Virus record (IMG/VR): IMGVR_UViG_3300031973_001744
Location: 1 to 55,767 of that record
DNA length: 55,767 nucleotides
Reading direction: 5' to 3' (one strand)
Source of the DNA: a virus
Lineage: Duplodnaviria; Caudoviricetes
Position 1 is the first letter of the stretch. Every line of letters starts with the position of its first letter. The position numbers and the translations under genes were made by a program. The notes below the pieces were generated by a model, which was given only the letters and a program-made list of their open reading frames with translations, was not told the DNA's origin and did not search any database. This document shows, one piece after another, positions 30,044 to 37,785 of this stretch.

Positions 30044-30062
30044 AGTTCTACTCGATCTACAG

Positions 30063-30557
30063 TTAAAATAAGGTTAATTGTTTTTGATAAGATCCCTTAA
30101 GAGTAACGTTATATGCAGCCTTAACCTTTCTAGTAGGCTTAAACTCTAATCCAGGGTGATCTATCAATATACCATCTTTTACTACTAGAGCATGGTTTGC
30201 TACTAGTACTATATATGTTCCTTTAGGATGAGACTGGATAAATGACTTTAATGTCTTCTGTCTATCTATTGTCTCTCCTTTGACTACGTATCGGTTTTTA
30301 ATTTGAAGTCCTAGCATTTGAGTAAAGGTAGCTTCTCTATCTCCGACTTTAATATTTCCTTTTCCGAACTCACTATGAATGTTTACGGTTTGAACCCCTC
30401 TACCATCTCTACGGTTTAATTGACGACGAGCATAAGTATGAGCAGTATCATAATCTACTCCCATTGCATTAGCGATAGCTAACACCACACAATCATTACC
30501 TTCACCTTTAGCGAACTTTGAACCTTTCTTAACCTTTGAACTACTTTGTAAAATCAT
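30063..30557 (-). CDS. Putative papain-fold (C39-like) Cys-His-Asp protein
   Basis: NDCVVLAIA...VANHALVVKDGILID. Confidence 0.5.
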   Translation of the reverse strand: MILQSSSKVKKGSKFAKGEGNDCVVLAIANAMGVDYDTAHTYARRQLNRRDGRGVQTVNIHSEFGKGNIKVGDREATFTQMLGLQIKNRYVVKGETIDRQKTLKSFIQSHPKGTYIVLVANHALVVKDGILIDHPGLEFKPTRKVKAAYNVTLKGSYQKQLTLF

Positions 30558-30618
30558 AACCTATTATTTATCTTTTTAACTTATATTAAATATACGAATT
30601 ATCTTTCGTACTTCCAAC
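30558..30618 (-). promoter_or_regulatory. Early promoter/leader cassette
   Basis: GTTG-N20-TATATTTA then ATATAAGTTAAAAAGATAAATAATAGGTT-ATG. Confidence 0.75.
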
Positions 30619-30642
30619 TGTTTTGTGAATTATCTTTGCCAG

Positions 30643-30984
30643 TTACGCAACAATTCCTTTATTACGATAAGCCTCTTCATTGAAGGTGTAGCCTAGTACC
30701 TCAATCTTAGATAGATCAAACTGGTAAGAAGTCTTTTGACCCATCATATTAAAGTCATATACTTTCATGATACCATCTCTAATATACTCTACATTCATAG
30801 ACTGTCCCAGACGCTCTACTGTATAGAATGTTTCACCTTTAGTTTTAGCCTCATGGCCTACAAAAGTAAATAAAGCTCTCTTATCCTCTAGTACTGGATG
30901 CTTGTATTCAAACTTAATAAACTCCCCCTCACCAATTGCTTGAAGGGCTTCCTGATTCATTTTGCTGATGTTGATATTACTCAT
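30643..30984 (-). CDS. Hypothetical early protein
   Basis: 113 aa with its own promoter cassette. Confidence 0.75.
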   Translation of the reverse strand: MSNINISKMNQEALQAIGEGEFIKFEYKHPVLEDKRALFTFVGHEAKTKGETFYTVERLGQSMNVEYIRDGIMKVYDFNMMGQKTSYQFDLSKIEVLGYTFNEEAYRNKGIVA

Positions 30985-31044
30985 AACCTTTATTATCTTT
31001 TTAACTATATCTTAAATATAAGAAATATATCTCAGGCCTCCAAC
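30985..31044 (-). promoter_or_regulatory. Early promoter/leader cassette
   Basis: GTTG-N20-TATATTTA then AGATATAGTTAAAAAGATAATAAAGGTT-ATG. Confidence 0.75.
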
Positions 31045-31190
31045 TATCTTTACTACTTTGTTGGCCTTCCTATCGAATCGATCGATATCGAATATATAAA
31101 TTTTGCTAGAAAAAAAAGTTGTTTAATTGGGATGGATACCCCTGATATATTTTTTTTATGATAAATCAACGTGCCTATCTAACCTACACA

Positions 31191-31286
31191 CTAGTATCTT
31201 CTTTTATCAATATAGTCTTTATACTCTTCTCTTACCACTTTTAATACATACAATATTACTAAGATATTAATTATTGTTATCATCAT
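31191..31286 (-). CDS. 31-aa hydrophobic microprotein
   Basis: MMITIINILVILYVLKVVREEYKDYIDKRRY; below the track cut-off. Confidence 0.4.
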   Translation of the reverse strand: MMITIINILVILYVLKVVREEYKDYIDKRRY

Positions 31287-31428
31287 TATGAATTTTATTA
31301 ACGTAGTTAATAACTTTATCAATTATGATATAACTTCCAAATATAAATGCTACTAACGCTAATACCACTACATCAGAACTATCTCTCATGAAGTTAATAT
31401 ATTCTTTGTATTGGTTTAATAGATTCAT
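31267..31428 (-). CDS. 53-aa single-pass membrane microprotein
   Basis: MNLLNQYKEYINFMRDSSDVVVLALVAFIFGSYIIIDK... Confidence 0.5.
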   Translation of the reverse strand: MNLLNQYKEYINFMRDSSDVVVLALVAFIFGSYIIIDKVINYVNKIHNDDNNN

Positions 31429-31434
31429 ATTCTT

Positions 31435-31629
31435 TTATTCTACACTTTGATTATTTTTATACACTTCCTCTTTCACATAGTTAAATGCCTTCTTATAAGC
31501 TTTTTCTCTAGATAACGACATATCATCATATTGATACTTAGTAGCCATATGTTCTAGTAATACTCTATTCTCTTCACCTAACTCTTCTATCATTTGTTCT
31601 ATTAGGTCTAATTCAAACTTATACATCAT
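31435..31629 (-). CDS. Hypothetical protein
   Basis: 64 aa; SREKAYKKAFN resembles SRIEAYTMAYN of the neighbouring gene. Confidence 0.6.
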   Translation of the reverse strand: MMYKFELDLIEQMIEELGEENRVLLEHMATKYQYDDMSLSREKAYKKAFNYVKEEVYKNNQSVE

Positions 31630-31906
31630 TATTATCTATTATCTCATTATAAGCCATTGTATAAGCCTCTATTCTACTTATTACTCTATTCTTATTCTCT
31701 AGTATAATATCCATAGCTCTATCTCTTACTTCATTAAACTTATTATTATTATAGGCTTTATAAAGTATTTCTTCTATTGTATCCATCTCTACTATACCTC
31801 TTGATATAACTGGATTACTCCTCTCACCTCTTACTCTTGTTCTTTGTCCGTTATAGTTTTTGTTTACCATATGTCTATCATAGCTATTCTGTCCCATCTT
31901 CATCAT
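31619..31906 (-). CDS. Hypothetical protein
   Basis: 95-aa ORF in a tightly packed operon. Confidence 0.6.
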   Translation of the reverse strand: MMKMGQNSYDRHMVNKNYNGQRTRVRGERSNPVISRGIVEMDTIEEILYKAYNNNKFNEVRDRAMDIILENKNRVISRIEAYTMAYNEIIDNNDV

Positions 31907-31997
31907 CTTCTAAATTATCAAACATTGTTTCTCCTACATAATAAAATATACCAAATATGAATGTTAAACATCCAATAATAATTAATGCATCTACCAT
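31884..31997 (-). CDS. 37-aa single-pass membrane microprotein
   Basis: MVDALIIIGCLTFIFGIFYYVGETMFDNLEDDEDGTE. Confidence 0.45.
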   Translation of the reverse strand: MVDALIIIGCLTFIFGIFYYVGETMFDNLEDDEDGTE

Positions 31998-32003
31998 ATC
32001 AAT

Positions 32004-32318
32004 TTATTTATTTGTTCTTTTCCATTCTTTATCCCATGCCTCTTTATCTCTAGCATTAGGATCAATTATCCATTTACCTACCTCTTCTTCAAATCCATCA
32101 TACCCATCTAACCCTTCATCTATAATTTTATTCACATCAGTTATCCACATCTCAAGTACCCAAAATAAGGACTCAATAAAATAACTAATACCAATCAGAA
32201 GCGTACCATAATGAGTATACGTTCCACTAAATCCTTCCCTAATATCTGTTACTACAGAAGGGATACTTGCAATAATAATTGCTATCGAAAATATAACTTT
32301 AAACCAAGGCTTTCTCAT
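32004..32318 (-). CDS. Two-TM membrane protein
   Basis: Two hydrophobic segments and an acidic tail. Confidence 0.6.
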   Translation of the reverse strand: MRKPWFKVIFSIAIIIASIPSVVTDIREGFSGTYTHYGTLLIGISYFIESLFWVLEMWITDVNKIIDEGLDGYDGFEEEVGKWIIDPNARDKEAWDKEWKRTNK

Positions 32319-33013
32319 TCTTTTACTATTATTAATTCAGGTTCTCTAATACCTACTACTCGTATACAAATACTTCTAGGCTCGTCTATCTGCTCTCCAG
32401 ATAAATTATAATATCTAACTGGATAGTTTATATCTAATATATTATTAACTTGTATACCATCCTGCTCTAGATCTAATACCAATAATGTATCTCTATGAAA
32501 ATGTAATACAAATCTATCATCTACTTTCTCATTCCATCCTAAGCTATCCACTATAAAGGAATATGTGCTTCCGGAATCAATAGGAGTAAATGTATTTAAT
32601 AATTTATCATGCAAGGTGGCTGATGTAATATTACCTCCAGTATAAAAAGTAAACATAGCGCTATCTCTATAACTTACTGCTCCTAGTTTTATAGAATCCA
32701 TTCCTAAGTTAGGGAAGCATTGAACTGCTAAACCGTTAAAGTTAGATAAAGAAATAAAATCATCTCCAGGCAGCATAGTAAATAATGTAGGAGTAGGCTC
32801 TTGTGATGGAAGATTATAACCATCATACAAAGCATCAAACCCTAAAGTTGCATCCGCATCTTCATATACAATATTAAAATCACCACATGCAGTACAAGAA
32901 GAGTCTTCAGTTTGGAGTGTCATAGTTAACCAACCTCCATTAGTATTAAGAGCACTATAATATGGAGTTATAGGAGTAAAGAACTGTAAAGAGAGTAAAA
33001 ATATTTTAATCAT
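32315..33013 (-). CDS. Secreted protein resembling Bacteroidetes T9SS cargo
   Basis: Short hydrophobic N-terminus; DATLGFDALYDG...PTLFT; DDRFVLHF; C-terminal VRYYNLSGEQI...IRV...IIVK, similar to a T9SS sorting domain. Confidence 0.55.
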   Translation of the reverse strand: MIKIFLLSLQFFTPITPYYSALNTNGGWLTMTLQTEDSSCTACGDFNIVYEDADATLGFDALYDGYNLPSQEPTPTLFTMLPGDDFISLSNFNGLAVQCFPNLGMDSIKLGAVSYRDSAMFTFYTGGNITSATLHDKLLNTFTPIDSGSTYSFIVDSLGWNEKVDDRFVLHFHRDTLLVLDLEQDGIQVNNILDINYPVRYYNLSGEQIDEPRSICIRVVGIREPELIIVKE

Positions 33014-33085
33014 TTAATCATTTAAGGTTGTTGCTAAAGCTATTAAAGTACATACTAATAAAAATAAAAGGCTTACTGTTTCCAT
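33014..33085 (-). CDS. 23-aa hydrophobic microprotein
   Basis: METVSLLFLLVCTLIALATTLND fills the intergenic gap exactly. Confidence 0.4.
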   Translation of the reverse strand: METVSLLFLLVCTLIALATTLND

Positions 33086-33291
33086 CAAACATATTTTTGT
33101 ACTCTGTATAATGGATTATAAGTTTTAATTTTACCATTATCAAAATACAGAGTTATACTATGCTTAGGATATTCTTTTCTAGCTTTATCAATAATATCAT
33201 ATAAATTATCATCAGTATATCCTCTACCCCATGATATATCTTCAAGATCTATTTTCCATGGATTGTATGCCATAATTTGTAATCGCTTCAT
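33085..33291 (-). CDS. Hypothetical protein
   Basis: 68-aa coupled ORF. Confidence 0.6.
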   Translation of the reverse strand: MKRLQIMAYNPWKIDLEDISWGRGYTDDNLYDIIDKARKEYPKHSITLYFDNGKIKTYNPLYRVQKYV

Positions 33292-33461
33292 ACCATCTCC
33301 TCTATAATACCTAACAATTCAGCTCCAGCTAATAAAACAGCTGCTGTTAGTAAGTTAAAAGGTATGAATCCATATCCTACTAATCGAACTGACGATTTAA
33401 GAAAACTTATATACGCATGCCATTTAGGATCCGGCACCCAACCATTTTTAATTTCAGTCAT
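33288..33461 (-). CDS. Small membrane protein
   Basis: Likely start MTEIK at 33461; HAYISFLKSSVRLVGY...AELLGIIEE. Confidence 0.6.
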   Translation of the reverse strand: MTEIKNGWVPDPKWHAYISFLKSSVRLVGYGFIPFNLLTAAVLLAGAELLGIIEEMV

Positions 33462-33462
33462 A

Positions 33463-33591
33463 TTATTCAATTTCGTAACTATCGTCACCATCAAAAAATT
33501 CACCCTCCGGGGTAAGATTTATATCCCATACTGAAGGTCTTTTACGTCTAAATTTATCTAATAATTTTTTAACCAATAAAAATATTTTCAT
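33463..33591 (-). CDS. 42-aa microprotein
   Basis: MKIFLLVKKLLDKFRRKRPSVWDINLTPEGEFFDGDDSYEIE; coupled to neighbours. Confidence 0.4.
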   Translation of the reverse strand: MKIFLLVKKLLDKFRRKRPSVWDINLTPEGEFFDGDDSYEIE

Positions 33592-33671
33592 TTCTTTCTT
33601 AAAAGTAAATATGTAATCAGTCCAGTCGTTATAACTATTCCTCCTACGATTAATAATGCTTGTTGTATCAT
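33588..33671 (-). CDS. 27-aa single-pass membrane microprotein
   Basis: MIQQALLIVGGIVITTGLITYLLLRKK; ATGA overlap with the next ORF. Confidence 0.45.
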   Translation of the reverse strand: MIQQALLIVGGIVITTGLITYLLLRKK

Positions 33672-33683
33672 CACTATAAATAT

Positions 33684-33938
33684 CTACTCTTCTGTGTAAT
33701 TAATCCAAGCGGGCATGTTCATATCTGGAACGTATCCAACTCTAATTATTATATCATCTTTCTTAAGATAGTAAATAATATTCATAGTTTCACCTACCAT
33801 TTTCATTTCAGTAGAAACTCTATAACCATCCTTCTTTGCTACCTTCTCAATATCATCTTTTGAAGTATGAAAATAAGCCGATTGAGCATTAGCTTGTAAT
33901 GCAAAGTTAAGTATAAAAGTTATTATTAAATATTTCAT
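33684..33938 (-). CDS. Small secreted protein
   Basis: Signal peptide MKYLIITFILNFALQANA|Q, with Gln at +1 as is common in Bacteroidetes. Confidence 0.6.
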   Translation of the reverse strand: MKYLIITFILNFALQANAQSAYFHTSKDDIEKVAKKDGYRVSTEMKMVGETMNIIYYLKKDDIIIRVGYVPDMNMPAWINYTEE

Positions 33939-34189
33939 TCTGCTATATAAAAAGTATCAATTCTACAAACTGCATCACAAGTTAAACACAACCAATAATC
34001 ATAATTTTCTAAGTAAAAATTCTCATGATAATGATCGATACAAAGCTCTTCCACCTCTATGCTTATCTCTTTTTTGGTAGTACATGAACCAAGAACATTT
34101 ACGCATATAAATAATAACAGAGTGAAAAGGATAGCAATTAAAGCCCTAAAGAATCTATTCAAGTTTCGCATTGCTCTTCCCCAACTCAT
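33935..34189 (-). CDS. Putative lipoprotein
   Basis: Basic N-terminus, hydrophobic core, VLGS|C lipobox-like site followed by TTKKE. Confidence 0.5.
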   Translation of the reverse strand: MSWGRAMRNLNRFFRALIAILFTLLLFICVNVLGSCTTKKEISIEVEELCIDHYHENFYLENYDYWLCLTCDAVCRIDTFYIAE

Positions 34190-34524
34190 TAGTTAAAATT
34201 TATGTTACCAAAATCGTTAAGATTCATGAAGTAGTTATAACCTTCTTCAGTCACAGTCATGTTTCTTTCTTCATCTAATTCCACCAATCCTTTCTCTTTC
34301 AAACTCAATGCAGTTGCATAAACAACAACCTCCTGAAGTATCTCTCCGAACTGCTTTTCATTAGGAGTTGGATCATCATAAAGAAGATCATTCATACTAC
34401 AAACCTCTGTTGCAATCTCATAGAAAGCTTTCGTACCAAACGCCTCATCGATTTCTTCTTGCTTAAAGAAGTTCATTTCAATAAGATTATCGTACCACTG
34501 ATTTATATGTTCTTCTACACTCAT
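34189..34524 (-). CDS. Hypothetical protein (possible winged-helix C-terminus)
   Basis: LSLKEKGLVE...VTEEG. Confidence 0.6.
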   Translation of the reverse strand: MSVEEHINQWYDNLIEMNFFKQEEIDEAFGTKAFYEIATEVCSMNDLLYDDPTPNEKQFGEILQEVVVYATALSLKEKGLVELDEERNMTVTEEGYNYFMNLNDFGNINFN

Positions 34525-34533
34525 AATTTAAAT

Positions 34534-34755
34534 TTAATCTTTCCAAGGTCTCCAACCTTCTTCCTTTTTTACTATCTTAATTATTTTAGTATCGCAAGCA
34601 TACTCATGTCCATGCCATCTATCCTTCACAGACTTTTTAGCTTCTCTTTTACTTCCGGCAAAGACATAAAACTTAGACGGAAATAAACTAGGCTTATGTC
34701 CATATTGGATCTCCCAGAATGTATTATCCTTCGACACTGAATTCTGTTTCTTCAT
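34534..34755 (-). CDS. Hypothetical basic protein
   Basis: Coupled ORF; start uncertain. Confidence 0.5.
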   Translation of the reverse strand: MKKQNSVSKDNTFWEIQYGHKPSLFPSKFYVFAGSKREAKKSVKDRWHGHEYACDTKIIKIVKKEEGWRPWKD

Positions 34756-34924
34756 TTACAATCTTATCTCTTTGTAATTCCATTACCCCATCAATATCAT
34801 CATAATGGAGCTCATAAAACTTATCTTGATCGTTCTCAAATAACTCAGCTTGCTCGTCAGTAATCTCAGCTTCATACCAACAGATGGTTGTATACGATTC
34901 CATTTTTATTAATTTTTTTGCCAT
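34724..34924 (-). CDS. Hypothetical acidic protein
   Basis: 66-aa ORF. Confidence 0.6.
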   Translation of the reverse strand: MAKKLIKMESYTTICWYEAEITDEQAELFENDQDKFYELHYDDIDGVMELQRDKIVNEETEFSVEG

Positions 34925-34928
34925 AATT

Positions 34929-35246
34929 CTAATTTAAAACATTCCATATTCCTCCTGCTTCCATCCCATCATTAAACTTGTAATTAATCTCAACTACTTT
35001 CTCTATTACTGATTTAGGACAACCAGGTAACCCTCCTCCACAATTAACCTCCAAAGGACTAGCATTCCATAAATTCTCTCGTCTATAATATAACCATGGA
35101 ATTCTTCTACCATACTGATTATAAATACTAACGTAATTTAAACCGCTGCTATCTTCTTGCACTTCTGCTTCTCGAAAATACCCTATAATCAATTCCTTCA
35201 AATAGCTATTAGCTCTTCCGCTTGCTTCTTTTCTAGTCATATCCAT
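34929..35246 (-). CDS. Hypothetical protein
   Basis: 105-aa ORF. Confidence 0.6.
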   Translation of the reverse strand: MDMTRKEASGRANSYLKELIIGYFREAEVQEDSSGLNYVSIYNQYGRRIPWLYYRRENLWNASPLEVNCGGGLPGCPKSVIEKVVEINYKFNDGMEAGGIWNVLN

Positions 35247-35250
35247 AATC

Positions 35251-35988
35251 TTATGCTTCAGTAGTTACAGAATCAGGATGTATCCAAGTAACAGATCCAC
35301 CAGCACCTAAATCAAAGTATAGTCGACGAGTTTTACTTCCTCGGCGATTCTTACTAAAGAACATCAATCGCTGATCTTCAGATTCGAATATCATATGACA
35401 CATTCCAGTTAGCATATGCTTAAAGCGATTACTACCAGCAAAGTTTCCAGTCTTAGTAACCTGCTGTATTATCATAAACGTCGTATGAGTATTAGTATCG
35501 TTGTTAGCTAAGTTATGCTTCTCATAAAGATTTAAGATCATAGTCTCAGCTTGCTTATTAGTACAACGATGGTAATCACTAACAACAGTTACGATCTCAG
35601 CCATACTATCGATAAGTACAGTATCGAATCCTTTCTTAAAAGTACTCTCTAATACTTGCAGAGGATCGCTATCTAAATGATCACCCATAAATAAGATCGG
35701 AAGATTACCGAACTTCGGGAAACGCTTAACGTAACCATACATATCGATAGCATTCATCTCTCCAGAAACAAATAATACATTACTACCATTCTTCTGAAGG
35801 TCAGCTAAGATATCTAACAATACAGTAGACTTACCAACACCAGGATCTCCAACAAAAGCGAAGTTACATCCTTTCATTAATCCTCCAGTACCACTTAATA
35901 AATTATCAACGACTTTACCAGTCTCCATAGGGATAAATAAACTCTCATCGAAGTTTATATCCTTCATTTTTACAATCTTGCTATTCAT
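35251..35988 (-). CDS. RadA/Sms-like RecA-family ATPase (ATPase core only)
   Basis: Walker A GDPGVGKST, VSGE, Walker B VLIDS, QVTK.G.FAG...KH and KNR.G; no Zn finger or Lon-like domain. Confidence 0.85.
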   Translation of the reverse strand: MNSKIVKMKDINFDESLFIPMETGKVVDNLLSGTGGLMKGCNFAFVGDPGVGKSTVLLDILADLQKNGSNVLFVSGEMNAIDMYGYVKRFPKFGNLPILFMGDHLDSDPLQVLESTFKKGFDTVLIDSMAEIVTVVSDYHRCTNKQAETMILNLYEKHNLANNDTNTHTTFMIIQQVTKTGNFAGSNRFKHMLTGMCHMIFESEDQRLMFFSKNRRGSKTRRLYFDLGAGGSVTWIHPDSVTTEA

Positions 35989-36049
35989 AACCTTTATTTT
36001 AACTTTTTAACTATACTTAAAGATAAGAAATTATCTTCAGACTTCCTAC
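35989..36049 (-). promoter_or_regulatory. Early promoter/leader cassette
   Basis: GTAG-N20-TATCTTTA then AGTATAGTTAAAAAGTTAAAATAAAGGTT-ATG. Confidence 0.75.
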
Positions 36050-36055
36050 TACTAA

Positions 36056-36223
36056 TTAAAGTATTTCAGGATTAGCATCCTGAGTAATAAGAAGAGCAAA
36101 CCATACAAGGAATACTACCATAGCAATTCCTACTAACTTTGCATTATCAGATATCTCATCATAAGATTCTTGACCAGTAATAAATCGAAATGCACTAATG
36201 ATTGTATTAATAATTGAACTCAT
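36056..36223 (-). CDS. 55-aa membrane microprotein
   Basis: MSSIINTIISAFRFITGQESYDEISDNAKLVGIAMVVFLVWFALLITQDANPEIL; not in the track but has its own promoter cassette. Confidence 0.7.
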   Translation of the reverse strand: MSSIINTIISAFRFITGQESYDEISDNAKLVGIAMVVFLVWFALLITQDANPEIL

Positions 36224-36284
36224 AACCTATTATTTATCTTTTTAACTATACTTAAATATAAGAATTATATTTCAATTCTCCTAC
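36224..36284 (-). promoter_or_regulatory. Early promoter/leader cassette
   Basis: GTAG-N20-TATATTTA then AGTATAGTTAAAAAGATAAATAATAGGTT-ATG. Confidence 0.75.
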
Positions 36285-36305
36285 TAAACATAAAATTATT
36301 TTATG

Positions 36306-36611
36306 CTATAGTTTTAAAATAAGATGATTGATATCATCTCGACTAAGCCAGCCACGTACTCCATTGTCATGATCATCATCAAAGAACTTATCAGTTATAT
36401 AAGCACCATCTTGATCCACGACAGCAATCTCGAATGCGCTGTAATCATCAGCAGTTTGAAAAAAGGGATCAACATCACTATTAGAAGTACTGTAGAATCC
36501 TTTTCCGGCAATAACACTCAGAGTTAAACCATTTATGTTTATTGTACCAAGGATTCCAGTTCCTACTGGATGAGGACCAAATTTAATATCGTTAAAAGTT
36601 TTCTTTTGCAT
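36306..36611 (-). CDS. Hypothetical protein
   Basis: Likely start MQKKT at 36611 after AATAAAGGT; LSVIAG...YS...FEIAV...VRGWL. Confidence 0.65.
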   Translation of the reverse strand: MQKKTFNDIKFGPHPVGTGILGTININGLTLSVIAGKGFYSTSNSDVDPFFQTADDYSAFEIAVVDQDGAYITDKFFDDDHDNGVRGWLSRDDINHLILKL

Positions 36612-36618
36612 ACCTTTA

Positions 36619-37008
36619 TTATTTAACTGTTTCAAGTTCGTTTTTACCATAAGCTAAGTCAGCCCATGTCTTAGCTCCATTTAACTTATACTGATCTTGA
36701 TTGTATAGTTCAGTATTCTGATATAATTCATTAATAGTTCCAACAGTAAGAACATTTAATAATTGTTTATCAATGAAGATCTTCTTACCTTTACGTTGAA
36801 AGATAGGCATCCAAGCTCCTTTACCTTCAGGATTAAACTCAACTGTCTGAACAACTCCTTTTTTACCCATAGATAGAGTCAACTCTAAATGCGTATTGAA
36901 AGTAGCATTCATAGTTGGTGAAGCGTGACTAATACTGAATCCATTTCTTCCTTTAAGAACAAATCTAAATTCACCTTCTCTACCTTTCATAAAATCTACA
37001 ACTGTCAT
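36619..37008 (-). CDS. Hypothetical early protein
   Basis: 129 aa with its own promoter cassette. Confidence 0.7.
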   Translation of the reverse strand: MTVVDFMKGREGEFRFVLKGRNGFSISHASPTMNATFNTHLELTLSMGKKGVVQTVEFNPEGKGAWMPIFQRKGKKIFIDKQLLNVLTVGTINELYQNTELYNQDQYKLNGAKTWADLAYGKNELETVK

Positions 37009-37070
37009 AACCTATTATTTTATCTTTTTAACTATACTTAAATATACGAAATATCTTTCAGACTTTCTAC
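37009..37070 (-). promoter_or_regulatory. Early promoter/leader cassette
   Basis: GTAG-N20-TATATTTA then AGTATAGTTAAAAAGATAAAAATAATAGGTT-ATG. Confidence 0.75.
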
Positions 37071-37555
37071 TTTTCGTCGATATATTTTTTTAGTTCAACG
37101 AACATTCTTCTATCGATTAATCTTTCAGTAAAGTCTTCATTAATTATCCTTAGGCTTCTCTTTTTAGCCTTTTCAATATCATGAGAGAAAATAATATCGA
37201 AGTACTTATCTATCTTTCCTTTAACAAGCTTATAAGCATTAGGATCTACTCTAGTATTAGCAGCCGGAATATAATCTCTCTTAATTAATTTTACATCAGT
37301 AAACTCCTTACTACCCTTACCTCCTTTATAGAGCATACTACCAAACCCTCTTCTACCTCTTCCAGTAATACGATCTAACTCCTTCTTAGTCTCTTTATTC
37401 TTAATAATCTCAACCTCCGAATAAGTATTCTTTCCAGAGATAATAGTCTGCACAGCTACCTTTTCTTCAGTAGAGCAGTTAACACATACTTTAGTTCCAG
37501 GAACAGCTTTCAATCTAGCTTCCGGAATAATAACACCACAGCATATACAATTCAT
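37067..37555 (-). CDS. DksA/TraR C4-type zinc finger protein
   Basis: CICCGVIIPEARLKAVPGTKVCVNC. Confidence 0.85.
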   Translation of the reverse strand: MNCICCGVIIPEARLKAVPGTKVCVNCSTEEKVAVQTIISGKNTYSEVEIIKNKETKKELDRITGRGRRGFGSMLYKGGKGSKEFTDVKLIKRDYIPAANTRVDPNAYKLVKGKIDKYFDIIFSHDIEKAKKRSLRIINEDFTERLIDRRMFVELKKYIDEK

Positions 37556-37571
37556 AACCTTTTACTTTACC

Positions 37572-37603
37572 TTAATATACGAAAAATATTTCTATTCTCC
37601 TAC
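37572..37603 (-). promoter_or_regulatory. Bacteroidetes-like -33/-7 promoter
   Basis: GTAG-N20-TATATTAA; AAGGTT-ATG downstream. Confidence 0.7.
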
Positions 37604-37785
37604 TTAGGTACAGCCAAGATGGAATACTTCCAGCCGGAATCAGTATTGGAGTTTAGTACGCTAATAAATTCCATAGCCTTATCTTCTTCTTCTATAACTA
37701 AAATTTCTCCATAACCATCGTTCATAAGAACATTTAATCTTTGACCTGAACTAGTCTGCATTTCTTTTATAATTCTATAACTCAT
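37600..37785 (-). CDS. Hypothetical protein
   Basis: 61-aa coupled ORF. Confidence 0.6.
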   Translation of the reverse strand: MSYRIIKEMQTSSGQRLNVLMNDGYGEILVIEEEDKAMEFISVLNSNTDSGWKYSILAVPK

